This document shows, piece by piece, positions 7,072 through 16,606 of a stretch of 32,345 nt of DNA. Below the pieces are notes generated by a model that was given only the letters and a program-made list of their open reading frames with translations, did no database searches and was not told where the DNA came from. Source of the DNA: a virus. Position 1 is the stretch's first letter. The number at the start of each line of letters is the position of its first letter. The DNA is taken from positions 1-32,345 of the IMG/VR virus record IMGVR_UViG_3300045988_077901; one strand, 5' to 3'. The position numbers and the translations under genes are program-made.

Positions 7072-7469
7072 CGGCTCTCACCCGCCTTGGTGATCTCGCG
7101 CAGGGCGGCAAGCTTCGCGCTGAACGTCTCTACCGGGTCGCGCACCTGCGCCGGTGGGTCATCGTCTGCCGCCGCGAGCGCCGCCGCTTCGGGAAGCATG
7201 AGCGTTTGCAGCGCGTCGAACACGTCAACCACTGCTTGCATTCGCTCGTCAACATAGACGGGCTGCACAAGCTGCAAAGAACCTTCGGTGCCCTTTTGCG
7301 GCTTGACTTCCGAAATATCCGCAATGCGCCTGTTGCCGTGGGCATCGACGGCCACGAACACCACGCCTTGCGATGCAGCCGCATTGAGCAATGCGGGGTC
7401 AAACTCTGTCACTTGCGCTTCGGTGTTGCTCAACGGGTCGTGAGCCATGTAGATAACTGTTTCGCCCAT
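7068..7469 (-). CDS. Hypothetical tail-module protein
   Basis: MGETVIYMAHDPL.. with AAGGGGGA RBS just after the Tal stop; the track N-terminal extension overlaps the Tal gene. Confidence 0.5.
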   Translation of the reverse strand: MGETVIYMAHDPLSNTEAQVTEFDPALLNAAASQGVVFVAVDAHGNRRIADISEVKPQKGTEGSLQLVQPVYVDERMQAVVDVFDALQTLMLPEAAALAAADDDPPAQVRDPVETFSAKLAALREITKAGESR

Positions 7470-7479
7470 ATCGTCCCCC

Positions 7480-9420
7480 TTATCCTGTTCCAACCGTGCC
7501 GTATGTGGTGCATAGCCCGTCAATATGCGAAATCTTGAAAGTTCCGTAATGCCAGCCAACGCAACCGTTGCCGTTGTCGTGCAGTTCGGAAATGATGGGC
7601 TGTGAAATGGTGCCTGTCTGGCATATAGTCGCAACCGTGCTTATGTCGCTGCTCGCCGCCACCGATATTTGCGGGCTTGAAATCCTCGTGCCGTGCTGTG
7701 CTTGAAGCTGCAAGCCTTGGTACAGTTCGCCGGTCTGCACGTTTCGGAAGTGAGCCGAGAAGTCAATAACGCCGATCTGCACGCCGTTTTCGCTTCCCCG
7801 AATCTCCCCGGAAATCAGTTGCAGCAGGTTAGACGCAAGGCCGCATGAGAACTGGCCGTTTGCGGTGATGTTGTTTGCTTTCATGTAATTTGTGGTCAAC
7901 GTCCCGTTGGTCAAATTCCACGTGTTGCGCCCCCTGTCATCGGTCAGCAGCCCCGCGCGTATGCGGTCGGCTCGCATCGTTCCGGCGTTGATGCAATCGG
8001 CGGTCACGCTCGCGCCCGTTATGAACGTCTTCCAGTTCCATTGCCCGCTGCTCGTAAGGCTCGAAGCAAGGCGGATGCCGCGCCCGGAAATGTTCACGCA
8101 CCACATACCCGACACGCTTTTGAGCGGCAAGCCGGTTTCGGGGTTCAAGGGCACGTTGCTGTACAAGCTGCCAAGTTCAAAGGTTTCAACCTTGTAGGTT
8201 CCAACTGAATTGAACTGATCGTTAAGCGCGTCTTGAAGCTGCACCAGCCAGCTAACCGACGTGCCCGCCACCGCGTCATAGGTCGCCGCCGCGCGGCTGC
8301 TGTTCTTTAGGGTCTGGCTCACGCTCTGCCACATATCGGCCATGCTGTTAATGAGGTTGCCGAAAGTAACGGTAGCGTCGCCGCCCAGCAAGTCGCGTTC
8401 GATCTGCGACACGCGCCCGGTAAGCCTTATGCCCTCTTCGGTAAAGCCCTTGTCGATTATCGCCACGCGGTCACCAACCGCCGCGCCTTCCCAGCTTCGC
8501 CCGAACGCGTACAGGTCAAGCACGCTCGCTTCATAGCTAACCTTCGGTTCGCTGACCTCTGCAAGGTACGCTTTCGTTTCCTTTAGAAGCTGCGCGGCAT
8601 CCTCGCACTGCTCGTTCACGTAGCTTGTGCAAGCTGGCAGAGCGGTGCCGCTGGCGTTCGGATGCCCCCAAATCTTCGTTGCGGCGGCATCCTCGACGTA
8701 GGCTTTGCCGCCGTTGATTGATTCAAAGGTCAGCCGTCTGCCGTAAGCCCCCGAATCCGTCTCAACGCCCTTGCCGTAGCCGTAGACGCGCGTTTTCGGG
8801 TTGTCAGCCGCCACCGTGCGCGTGATGGTCTTAATGTCCTTCGTCCACGTGAAGCGCTTAGGGCTTGACTGGTTGCCGCGCAGCTTGCGCACGCCGACTT
8901 GGCGCGAAACCACCGAAGAACCATTGGTTGTAATGGTGGTTTCCAACTCGCCGCCCCACGCTTCCAAAATCTCGGCTATGGATTCGCGGGCGCTCTGGTG
9001 GTAGAGAACGACGCTTGCGCTTGCGGTCACGTCGCACGCGCCCACCGCCCAGCGCGTGCCGGTAAGCACGCGGGCAAGCGCCGTTGCAACCTGCCCCGAC
9101 GGCCTTACATCGTCCGTCCAATCGTCCCAAAGTTCGGCGATTGAGTTAACGCCCGTGAACTCGGTTTGCAAGGTTCCGTCTTCGCCGTGGGTTCGGCTCG
9201 CATCGTCAACAATGTGTTCATGGGTCTTGCCCTGCGCGTCAACCCAAACGATATAGTCACCCTTGTTCACGTCATCGGAACACGTCACCTTGATTTCGTC
9301 GGTGCCGTCCAGCGCTTCGGTGTGCGTCGCCGCCGTAACGTCCAGCCGCCCAAGGTTTACGCCCCAGCGCGAAAAGCGCGTGAAGCCAACTTTTCTGATT
9401 AAAGCCATCTTTCCCGCCAT
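7480..9420 (-). CDS. Tail-associated / tail tip protein (phage minor structural protein, Prophage_tail-like)
   Basis: 646 aa directly after Dit; N-terminal region typical of siphovirus Tal proteins; start may be ATG 9408. Confidence 0.75.
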   Translation of the reverse strand: MAGKMALIRKVGFTRFSRWGVNLGRLDVTAATHTEALDGTDEIKVTCSDDVNKGDYIVWVDAQGKTHEHIVDDASRTHGEDGTLQTEFTGVNSIAELWDDWTDDVRPSGQVATALARVLTGTRWAVGACDVTASASVVLYHQSARESIAEILEAWGGELETTITTNGSSVVSRQVGVRKLRGNQSSPKRFTWTKDIKTITRTVAADNPKTRVYGYGKGVETDSGAYGRRLTFESINGGKAYVEDAAATKIWGHPNASGTALPACTSYVNEQCEDAAQLLKETKAYLAEVSEPKVSYEASVLDLYAFGRSWEGAAVGDRVAIIDKGFTEEGIRLTGRVSQIERDLLGGDATVTFGNLINSMADMWQSVSQTLKNSSRAAATYDAVAGTSVSWLVQLQDALNDQFNSVGTYKVETFELGSLYSNVPLNPETGLPLKSVSGMWCVNISGRGIRLASSLTSSGQWNWKTFITGASVTADCINAGTMRADRIRAGLLTDDRGRNTWNLTNGTLTTNYMKANNITANGQFSCGLASNLLQLISGEIRGSENGVQIGVIDFSAHFRNVQTGELYQGLQLQAQHGTRISSPQISVAASSDISTVATICQTGTISQPIISELHDNGNGCVGWHYGTFKISHIDGLCTTYGTVGTG

Positions 9421-10124
9421 TCCAGCACCGCGCTGCCGCCGCTTAGTTGCAGGGTCGTGCGGCCATTGATCGTGAAGAAATCCGAATCAAGCGTGACGGC
9501 GGCGGCTTGGCTGTTGACGGTCGCCCGCTCTAGCGCCATGTCAACGCGCACGGTGCTTGTGCTTGTGACGCTCGACGCAAGCTTTACTTGCTCGCCCGTG
9601 TCAACGTTCCTGATATACCAAGCCGCGCTTGAAGACGGCTTAGCGGTGATTGCCAGATGCGCGGGGCGGTTGCCGCCCGCGTTCACCGTGAACGTTCCCG
9701 CCTTGACTTCAACGCGGCGCTTGTTGCCGTAATAGAACGGATCGCCAACATGGAACGTCACCGTTGTGCTTGGGCAAGCGTCCGTGATCTCGCCAAGGTC
9801 TGTTGACCCGCTCACGATTGCCAGAAGGTAGCGCGTGGGGTCATCGGGAAGCACCAGCGGCGCGGGTTCGTCGGTGCATAGCAGTTCCGCCAGTGCGTGG
9901 CGAACCGCCGCCGCGTCCCGCCTGTCATCGCTTCTTAGCCAAATGTCAACCGGCAGATCATAGCCCCCGAAGTAGGCCGATTTGAACAACTCGCCGTGGC
10001 GGCCTGAAACGCTCTCGAAGTTCGCGTTTACAGGTGCCATGATAGGCCGGTTGACCTTGCAGCTTACAAGGGCGCTTAGGTCGTGCCCGTTGAATATAAC
10101 GCGGTCGGTCTGCGCCCGCTTCAT
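9399..10124 (-). CDS. Distal tail protein (Dit, Sipho_tail-like)
   Basis: VIFNGHDLSALV..ESVSGRHGELF pattern; position between tape measure and Tal; ATG 10124 starts 1 nt after the TMP stop. Confidence 0.75.
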   Translation of the reverse strand: MKRAQTDRVIFNGHDLSALVSCKVNRPIMAPVNANFESVSGRHGELFKSAYFGGYDLPVDIWLRSDDRRDAAAVRHALAELLCTDEPAPLVLPDDPTRYLLAIVSGSTDLGEITDACPSTTVTFHVGDPFYYGNKRRVEVKAGTFTVNAGGNRPAHLAITAKPSSSAAWYIRNVDTGEQVKLASSVTSTSTVRVDMALERATVNSQAAAVTLDSDFFTINGRTTLQLSGGSAVLEWRERWL

Positions 10125-10125
10125 C

Positions 10126-12678
10126 TTACGTTGCAACGCTCACACCCCTTTGCTTTAGCTTGCTTGCAATCCCAAGGCCGATTTGCTGGCCTGTCTGGTA
10201 CGCGTCCGCATTGCCCGCAACCGTCGCGTTGACCTCGACGCTGACGGCGATTTGCTGCGCGGGCTGTCCGCCGTTGAACGCGTTGTTAACCGCGCGTTCG
10301 ATGAAGTCCCATAGCTGCTTTTCAGGCGCCACGTACTCGCCGCCCGCTTCGCCAACGCCGATGATCGAAGCTTTGTCGAAGTAGCCGCCGCGTGCGTACC
10401 AGTCAACGGACACGCTAGGCAGCTTGATTGGGCCAACGTCATTCCAAGAAACGTTGAAGTGCGGCATCTTGATTTTCGGCAACTCAATCTTGATGCCGCC
10501 GAAGATGCTCATAATCTTGCCCGGTATGTCCTTTATGAAGTTCCACGCGTTTTCAATGGGGTTCTTCATGAAGTCTCGAACGCTGTTGAACACGCCGTTT
10601 ACCTTCTCGCCCAAGCCCGGAAAGCCCAGCTTGTTGCCTATGGCATCGGCGACGCGCACGGCGTTTTGCTGCGCGTTGTCCATCTTCTGGCTGATGTTGT
10701 CCTTGATCGCGTTAAAGGCGTTGGCGGCTTCGGCCTTGGCGGTTGACCAGTCGCCGGAAAGGGCGGCTTGCAGGGCGCTGCCCGCGCTGCTGCCCACCTG
10801 CTCTGCCGTGTTCATGTCGTTTTGCACGGTGGAAGCAATTCCGCCGAAGTACGTTTGCGTGGCGGTCTGTAGGGTGTTCCACTTGTCGGAAACCCAATCA
10901 GCCGCGCCCTGTGCCTTTTCGGAAACGGTGCTTTTGATGTTCTCCCAAGCGTTGCTTGCGTCCTGCTTGAAGCCTTCCCATTTGCTCGCAACATCGCTTT
11001 TGAACTGCTCAACGCCGCTTGTAACGTCGTTCCAAACGCCGCCCCAGAACTCACCGGCACCGCTAAGGAAGTCACAAACGCCCTGCCACTTCTCCGAAAT
11101 CCAGCCGGTGAAGTCAGCCCACATCTGCTTGCCCGTCTCGGTCTGCGTGAAGAACCACGTAAGACCGGCCACCGCCGCGCTTACCGCTGCGATGCCAAGG
11201 CCGATAGGGTTAGCGGTGATAAGGCCGGTTAGGCTCTTCCATCCGCCGCCAAGACCGCCGAACTTCCCGCCCAGCCCGTCGGCCTTTCCGCCAAGGTCAA
11301 CGAAGCCGCCCGCAATGCTCTTGATCGCGCCGCCGATGGGCGCGGCGCTCTGCATGAACTTGCCAACGGCGGTAGTAACCCCGCCGAACGCCAGCACGCC
11401 TAGCCCAAGGTTCTTGACTAGTTCTTGCTGCTCCGGCGACAGCGATTTGAACCAATCCGAAGCGGCTTGAAGCGCCGGTGTCAGCTTGCCTAGAATCTCG
11501 CTGCCAATTTCGGTTACCATCTGCTTTACCGGCAAGGCCGCTTCGCCCATTTCGCGCATGGATGTTTCAAGTTCGTTTTGCGCGTCGCGGCTTGCCAACA
11601 AGTCTTTGTTGGTTTCCTGAAACGCCTTGCCAGCATCCCCGTAAACGCCCGCCAGCGCGTCCGTTACAAGGGTCGCGCGTTCCTGCTCGGTCTTGCACGC
11701 CGCCAGTGCTTCGTTAAAAGCGTCTTCCTTGGTCTGACCCTCTGCAATGGCCTTGTTGAAAGCTGCTTGTGCGGCAGAATTGCCGGAAAGGGCGTTGCTC
11801 CACTGCTCGGCGCTAGCCGTTGACCAGTTGAGCGCGTCGGCGAAACTGCCGGTTACCGCGCCGGTGTGCGCGGTTTCCTGCGCCGTTTCTGCCAAGTTCT
11901 CCAACGGCAGCGCGTCGCCGAATGTGGCATAGGCACCGGCTGCAATGTCAGTCCACTTCTTCAATTCCTCTTCGTCTTGCGTGAGCCTGATTAGGTTCTG
12001 GCTCGCTTCGGTGGCGGTGTCGCCGTCGCCCAAGATGCGGTAGAAGTTCGCATAGGTGGTCTGCGCTTGCTCAACGGTGCTTCCGGCGCTGGTGAAAGCG
12101 GTTTCAAGCTGGTTGTTCTTGGCTATGGCCTCTTCTTGGCTCTCCGCAAGGGCGGTCAGGCCGGTTGCCGCCGCCGTGATGCCGCCGGAAATAGCAAGCC
12201 CGCCGCGCTCAACGCCCTTGCCCGCCTTTTCCAGCTTGTCGGCGTTATCTTCGATGGTCTGGCCGAACTTGTATAGCTTGGTTTTCGACGCTTCGGCTTC
12301 GCGCGACGTTTCGGCAAGTTCCTTGCCGTACGATTCAAGCTGGTTTTCGCATTGCAAGATAGCGCGTTTAAGGCTGTCGTATTGCCGTTCCTCTTCGGCG
12401 GTCAGCCTAGCGCCGCTCTGCTGTTTCGCTTCAAGCTGCGCAAGCGCCTGTTTGTACGCGTCCAACTTCTGTTGCGTCTCGCCATAGGCGCTGTTTAGCG
12501 CCTTGACCTTCTGTTGCAGCAAGTCGGTATTGCCCGGATTGAACTTCAAAGACTTGTCAATTTCCTTCAAGTCCGCTTGGGTCTTCTTGGATTCGCTAGA
12601 AACCTTCTTCAAAGCCCCTTGAAGTTCGGTAGTGTCGCCGCCGAACTTGATAACAAGCCCTTTGTAGCTTACCGCCAT
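10126..12678 (-). CDS. Tape measure protein
   Basis: 850 aa, coiled-coil N-terminus, Gly-rich hydrophobic centre (GGKFGGLGGGWKSLTGLITANPIGLGIAAV), canonical position. Confidence 0.9.
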   Translation of the reverse strand: MAVSYKGLVIKFGGDTTELQGALKKVSSESKKTQADLKEIDKSLKFNPGNTDLLQQKVKALNSAYGETQQKLDAYKQALAQLEAKQQSGARLTAEEERQYDSLKRAILQCENQLESYGKELAETSREAEASKTKLYKFGQTIEDNADKLEKAGKGVERGGLAISGGITAAATGLTALAESQEEAIAKNNQLETAFTSAGSTVEQAQTTYANFYRILGDGDTATEASQNLIRLTQDEEELKKWTDIAAGAYATFGDALPLENLAETAQETAHTGAVTGSFADALNWSTASAEQWSNALSGNSAAQAAFNKAIAEGQTKEDAFNEALAACKTEQERATLVTDALAGVYGDAGKAFQETNKDLLASRDAQNELETSMREMGEAALPVKQMVTEIGSEILGKLTPALQAASDWFKSLSPEQQELVKNLGLGVLAFGGVTTAVGKFMQSAAPIGGAIKSIAGGFVDLGGKADGLGGKFGGLGGGWKSLTGLITANPIGLGIAAVSAAVAGLTWFFTQTETGKQMWADFTGWISEKWQGVCDFLSGAGEFWGGVWNDVTSGVEQFKSDVASKWEGFKQDASNAWENIKSTVSEKAQGAADWVSDKWNTLQTATQTYFGGIASTVQNDMNTAEQVGSSAGSALQAALSGDWSTAKAEAANAFNAIKDNISQKMDNAQQNAVRVADAIGNKLGFPGLGEKVNGVFNSVRDFMKNPIENAWNFIKDIPGKIMSIFGGIKIELPKIKMPHFNVSWNDVGPIKLPSVSVDWYARGGYFDKASIIGVGEAGGEYVAPEKQLWDFIERAVNNAFNGGQPAQQIAVSVEVNATVAGNADAYQTGQQIGLGIASKLKQRGVSVAT

Positions 12679-12762
12679 GCCGGTTCACCTTCTTTCAATT
12701 CTCAAAGTGCATGAGCGCTTCAAACACCGCGCCCGCGCGGGTGCGGTGCCGTGAAACGTTCA

Positions 12763-13041
12763 CTAGCCCCAAAATGCCGCTTCGGCCTTGCGTGCCTTTT
12801 CGTCGTCTTCGTAGTTGGCGACGGCATCGGCGTAGAACGCGTGAATCTCCAACAGGTCTTTGACCTGCCGGAAGCTAAGTTGCTGCAAATCGGTGATGGA
12901 AAGCCCGCATTGCTGGCAGTTGTACAGATAACGCGCGTCGCACGCGTCTGACAGGTTGCTAGGCAGTGGCGGCGCTGGCTGCTTCGGCGGGCGCGGCTTC
13001 CACTCCATCGGGCGTTGAAGGAAAAAAGTTATCCTCGACAA
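12763..13041 (-). CDS. Tail assembly chaperone T-extension (expressed as a G-T fusion by frameshift)
   Basis: Overlaps the 3' end of the G ORF in another frame and ends just before the tape measure gene. Confidence 0.55.
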   Translation of the reverse strand: MSRITFFLQRPMEWKPRPPKQPAPPLPSNLSDACDARYLYNCQQCGLSITDLQQLSFRQVKDLLEIHAFYADAVANYEDDEKARKAEAAFWG

Positions 13042-13366
13042 TGCCCATCACGTCAGCCGCCCAACCGTCCCCCTTCTGTAGGTCGAACGCGGCGGGCGGA
13101 AGCGATTTCACCCACTTGTCAAAGCCAAGCCCCCAACGCGGCTTCGCGGTCTTGATGCACGCATAGGCGATTTCAAGAAGCGCCGTCATCGACGGCATAC
13201 CGCAAGACTTCATCGTTTCAACGATCATGCCCACGTCTTCGTTAATGTCCTTGGGGCGCGTCGCGCCGTTGGGCTTCTCAACGCTGAACGTGCGCGAAAA
13301 CACAATGGGCGTGAAGCCATTGAAGGTGGCTTCAAACTCCATCCCGTCGCCGAAGTCGATAACCAT
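12959..13366 (-). CDS. Tail assembly chaperone (gpG-like)
   Basis: 135-aa acidic protein between the major tail and tape measure genes. Confidence 0.65.
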   Translation of the reverse strand: MVIDFGDGMEFEATFNGFTPIVFSRTFSVEKPNGATRPKDINEDVGMIVETMKSCGMPSMTALLEIAYACIKTAKPRWGLGFDKWVKSLPPAAFDLQKGDGWAADVMGIVEDNFFPSTPDGVEAAPAEAASAATA

Positions 13367-14004
13367 TACTCGCCCCCGTTCTCGGCGGGCGTGCCGGTGT
13401 CTTCCGCTTCGGCCTTGCGCTCTAGCAGCCCGTCAGTTTTGACGGCATCGAAGAACGTTTCATAGTCAGGCAGACCCGTGAAGCTGTCATAGCCGCTCGT
13501 GCGGTCATCGGCTGTGCCGCCGGGGGGAACAACGGGCTTCCACGTAAAGGGATAGTCAAGCTGCGTGATCTCCGGCGTGTCGCTGTTGGTGGTGAGGGTC
13601 TGCGACGGCTTGGCAAGCTGGCACATCAGCAGACAGCGGCGGCGGCCTGTGACGTGTCCGGGCTGCTCGCACATGAAAGCGAACTTCTTTGGCTTCTTGT
13701 TGGCTTTCAGGTTGGTGCGTCCGTCTGCCGTGATCTCGTAGCCCACCAGATCAGCGATAAGCTGCCGAAGTTCCGGGGTGCCCTCGGTATCGTAGAAACT
13801 CATGGTGCCGCTGCCGCCGTTGTCTTGCTGCTCTTCCAACCAAACTTCGTTGTCCGCGTGGCTGGTGCCCGTCTCAACGCTCGGCTCCATGCCGATTTCA
13901 ACGGTACCGGCAACATGCACCGGCTTTTCGTAGGTAAGCTCGTCTTCGTCAAGGACGATCGCGAAATGAGAATTGCGAACGCCGAAAAAACCATTGCGTG
14001 CCAT
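13366..14004 (-). CDS. Major tail protein
   Basis: MARNGFFGVRNSHFAIV.. N-terminus typical of phi13-type major tail proteins; AGGAG RBS 8 nt before ATG 14004. Confidence 0.75.
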   Translation of the reverse strand: MARNGFFGVRNSHFAIVLDEDELTYEKPVHVAGTVEIGMEPSVETGTSHADNEVWLEEQQDNGGSGTMSFYDTEGTPELRQLIADLVGYEITADGRTNLKANKKPKKFAFMCEQPGHVTGRRRCLLMCQLAKPSQTLTTNSDTPEITQLDYPFTWKPVVPPGGTADDRTSGYDSFTGLPDYETFFDAVKTDGLLERKAEAEDTGTPAENGGE

Positions 14005-14019
14005 TTTCAAGGCTCCTAT

Positions 14020-14346
14020 CTACTCGGTTACGTTGACGGTGAACGACGCTTCAATGAGCCGTTCGCCGTCTAGGTGTGTTATTGCTTTCTCGAATGCGCA
14101 GCCGGACGCGTCCAGCGCGTCGGCAATCTTGCTTTCAAGGTCATATGAGCGCTGCGCGGTGTAAAGCAAGATTTCGTAGGGCATCCAACGCGCCCAAGCG
14201 GCATTGTCGGCATAGGCCGTTTCGCCAAAGCCCGCTTCAAGGCTCATGTAGGGCGGGGCGGGCTTGTCATCGTCTGAAAAGCCCTCGTTAGCCCAAGGGA
14301 TGCCCAGACCGTCAAGCACGCCGCAAAGCTGGTCAAGCGTTATCAC
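14020..14346 (-). CDS. Tail terminator / head-tail joining protein (by position)
   Basis: 108 aa, GTG start overlapping the upstream stop (GTGA), immediately upstream of the major tail gene. Confidence 0.5.
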   Translation of the reverse strand: MITLDQLCGVLDGLGIPWANEGFSDDDKPAPPYMSLEAGFGETAYADNAAWARWMPYEILLYTAQRSYDLESKIADALDASGCAFEKAITHLDGERLIEASFTVNVTE

Positions 14347-14723
14347 GTCGCATCACCGCCCGCCGCGAACTCGCGCCCCACCTCTTCGGCCACGGCTGCA
14401 ATAACGCCGTCACCCGGCGCAACACCGTAGGTCTTGCCGGTCTGGTTCTTGACCTTGTGGCCTTTTTCAAGCAGGTGCGTTAGCTGGTATTGTTTGTTAT
14501 GCACCGTCACTTCAACGCCCTGTTCCAAGCTTGCGTGGTCTACGGTGCTAGTCCAGCCCTTCGCGTACTTGCCGGAACGCTTGCGGCTCTCGGCTTTCAG
14601 GCGCTTCACTGCTTCTTTGCCAGCGGCGGCGGCGCTCTGCTCCAACACCGCTTCGTTTTCGCCTATGCAGTCGCGCATGGCGGCGGCAATCTCGCGTTCA
14701 ATGTCGTTGCTAACCCTGCTCAC
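14343..14723 (-). CDS. HK97 gp10-family tail component
   Basis: KRSGKYAKGWTS..YQLTHLLEKGH pattern; probable GTG start 14723 after a GAGAGGGTGGG RBS. Confidence 0.65.
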   Translation of the reverse strand: MSRVSNDIEREIAAAMRDCIGENEAVLEQSAAAAGKEAVKRLKAESRKRSGKYAKGWTSTVDHASLEQGVEVTVHNKQYQLTHLLEKGHKVKNQTGKTYGVAPGDGVIAAVAEEVGREFAAGGDAT

Positions 14724-15024
14724 GGTCGCCCACCCTCTCAACAAGCGTTAGCCGCACGTTGTCCGGCGAACGCTCCGCACGCTCAACGGCAAGCAACGCG
14801 CCGTTGAACTTCACCAGCGTTTCGCCGCGATAGGAGCACGCCCTCAACTCGATTACCGCTTGCGGCTTGATGCCCGCCGCGCTGGCGGCGTAGTAAGCTG
14901 CCGCGCTGATGCTGTAGACGTTGCAAGGAACGTCCCGGAACGCAAGCGAAGTGGACACAACGCCGCGCTTGTCGCGCGTCTGCGTCTCGGTGGCAAGCTG
15001 GCACGTGCCAGCCCACATACTCAT
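14710..15024 (-). CDS. Head closure / head-tail adaptor (SPP1 gp16-like)
   Basis: ~100-aa beta-rich protein; ATG 15024 overlaps the upstream stop (ATGA); canonical order. Confidence 0.65.
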   Translation of the reverse strand: MSMWAGTCQLATETQTRDKRGVVSTSLAFRDVPCNVYSISAAAYYAASAAGIKPQAVIELRACSYRGETLVKFNGALLAVERAERSPDNVRLTLVERVGDREQG

Positions 15025-15344
15025 TGCGCGCCCGCTTCTGGCTTGCCGCCATGCTCGGTGCTTCCGGCCATGCGGCAAAGCATTTCGCCGAATGAGCGCA
15101 TGAGCCTGTCAGCGTCCGGGTTGTCCATGCCGAAGTTAGCCTTGACGTAGGTTTTCACGGCGACGCGCACGCTTGCGTCATCGTCGCTGTTGGCCTTAGC
15201 GTCGGAAACGCCGCCCGCAACCAGTGCGGAACGGGCGGCGCTCACAAGGTCGGCTATCTCTTCGTCATAGCCGGTGTAATCGGCAGGGATGCGCAGGGCG
15301 CTACGGCAAGCCGCCAGAAGGTCGGCTTTGTTTTCGTCTGCCAT
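15021..15344 (-). CDS. Head-tail connector (gp6-like)
   Basis: LLAACRSALRIPADYTGYDEEIADLVSAARSAL resembles the gp6-like connector signature; AAGGGGGTG RBS before ATG 15344. Confidence 0.65.
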   Translation of the reverse strand: MADENKADLLAACRSALRIPADYTGYDEEIADLVSAARSALVAGGVSDAKANSDDDASVRVAVKTYVKANFGMDNPDADRLMRSFGEMLCRMAGSTEHGGKPEAGAQ

Positions 15345-15366
15345 CGGTGGCACCCCCTTAGATCAC

Positions 15367-16602
15367 TTAGACGGATGCGCCGCCGATGGTAAGCTGCGCG
15401 AAAGACTGCGGGACGGCAAGGCCGCAATCATAGAGCAAGTAGCCGTCGAAGCAATGGTTCTGCGAACCGTCGGTTGCGACGTAGCCCGTAACGTCCACGC
15501 CGTCAAAGGCGTTGCCCTTGATAAGGTCGGGATAGCCAACCTTGATAATGCCATCGCCGCAAGCATCGTCCTGCTTGACGATGCGCCCGAAGATGCGGCC
15601 TTGCACGGCGGGGTCATCGCTCTTTTCGTCCACAAAGTAGCTGCGCTTGTTAGCGTCCTCAACCATGGCAATGTAGTTCCAAATGGTGTTGTTGTTCGCG
15701 TAGATAATGCAGCCCTTCGGCGCGGGGTTCGCAAAGGTCTTCAACAGCCCAAGGGTCTTCACAATGTCGGCCTTGGTGAGCGTTCCGGCCTTTGCAACGG
15801 TCAGCTTGTTATCAACCGCCATGCCCAACTTGGCATCGTCAAGGCGCGTATGGACGAAAGCGTTTGCCGCAACGGCGATGCGGGCGGCAACCTCGGAAAT
15901 TAGCCAGTTCTCGAAGCCGTCAATGGACTGAACGGCCATCTTGCGGGACAGCTTAACGGTCTTCTTGATCTCCACGCCAACAAGCCCGATGGTGTCAAAC
16001 TCGTTCTTCTCGTCGGTGGGTGCCTTGCCCTCGTCGGTCTGCTCGGCATCGCCCTGCGCAATGCCGGTGTGGCGCACCAACTCGAATTGGTGCTTAAAGG
16101 TTGAGCGGCTCACATCGCCGAACAGCACCGCCGAATTGTCAACAAGGCTGATGATCTGGCCTTGAATCTCCTTCGGGATAACGGCATCTGTGTTGGTGGT
16201 AAGCGCGGTGAACGCCGCACGCTCCTGCGTGGTCATCTCGTTGCCGCCGCCAAGCTGAACGCCCGCGCGGGTCGCAATGTCTTTGAGCCAACCGCGCTTC
16301 GCTGCGGCTTCGTAGTCGGTAGTGTCGCGCACGACGGCACCGGCAGCGCTCGCGCTGCGTGCCAGCGGCACGGTGGAAACCTTCGGCGCGGCTCCGCTCT
16401 CGATAGCGGAACGGGCGGCGGCGACAGCGGCGGCGCGGGTCTTGCGCTGCCCGGCCTGCTCGGTGGTCTTGCGCTCGATCTCCGCCGTAAGTTCGGCCAT
16501 GCGCTCTTCGTCCTGCTTGGCCTCTTCCTCGGTCACTCCCTCGGGGGTTCCCTCGGCGTACTTGTCAATCAGCGCTTGCAGTTCCTTCAACAGTTCATCC
16601 AT
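15367..16602 (-). CDS. Major capsid protein, HK97 family (with N-terminal delta domain)
   Basis: Coiled-coil N-terminus MDELLKELQALIDKY.. followed by an HK97-like body; follows the prohead protease. Confidence 0.9.
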   Translation of the reverse strand: MDELLKELQALIDKYAEGTPEGVTEEEAKQDEERMAELTAEIERKTTEQAGQRKTRAAAVAAARSAIESGAAPKVSTVPLARSASAAGAVVRDTTDYEAAAKRGWLKDIATRAGVQLGGGNEMTTQERAAFTALTTNTDAVIPKEIQGQIISLVDNSAVLFGDVSRSTFKHQFELVRHTGIAQGDAEQTDEGKAPTDEKNEFDTIGLVGVEIKKTVKLSRKMAVQSIDGFENWLISEVAARIAVAANAFVHTRLDDAKLGMAVDNKLTVAKAGTLTKADIVKTLGLLKTFANPAPKGCIIYANNNTIWNYIAMVEDANKRSYFVDEKSDDPAVQGRIFGRIVKQDDACGDGIIKVGYPDLIKGNAFDGVDVTGYVATDGSQNHCFDGYLLYDCGLAVPQSFAQLTIGGASV

Positions 16603-16606
16603 GGTT

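Noticed and set aside
7470-7634. N-terminal extensions given by the track for 7068-7634 (and similarly 1299-2078, 2283-2660, 28217-28762, 28629-28967, 29424-29642)
   Set aside because: The track starts ORFs at the first ATG/GTG/TTG after a stop. These extensions overlap the preceding gene and lack an RBS. Internal ATGs sit right after the upstream stop with GGAGG-like sites.
10424-11470. 348-aa plus-strand ORF inside the tape measure gene
   Set aside because: It is antisense to an 850-aa gene with clear tape-measure features. The translation is Pro/Ser/Ala-rich, typical of the shadow frame of a GC-rich gene.
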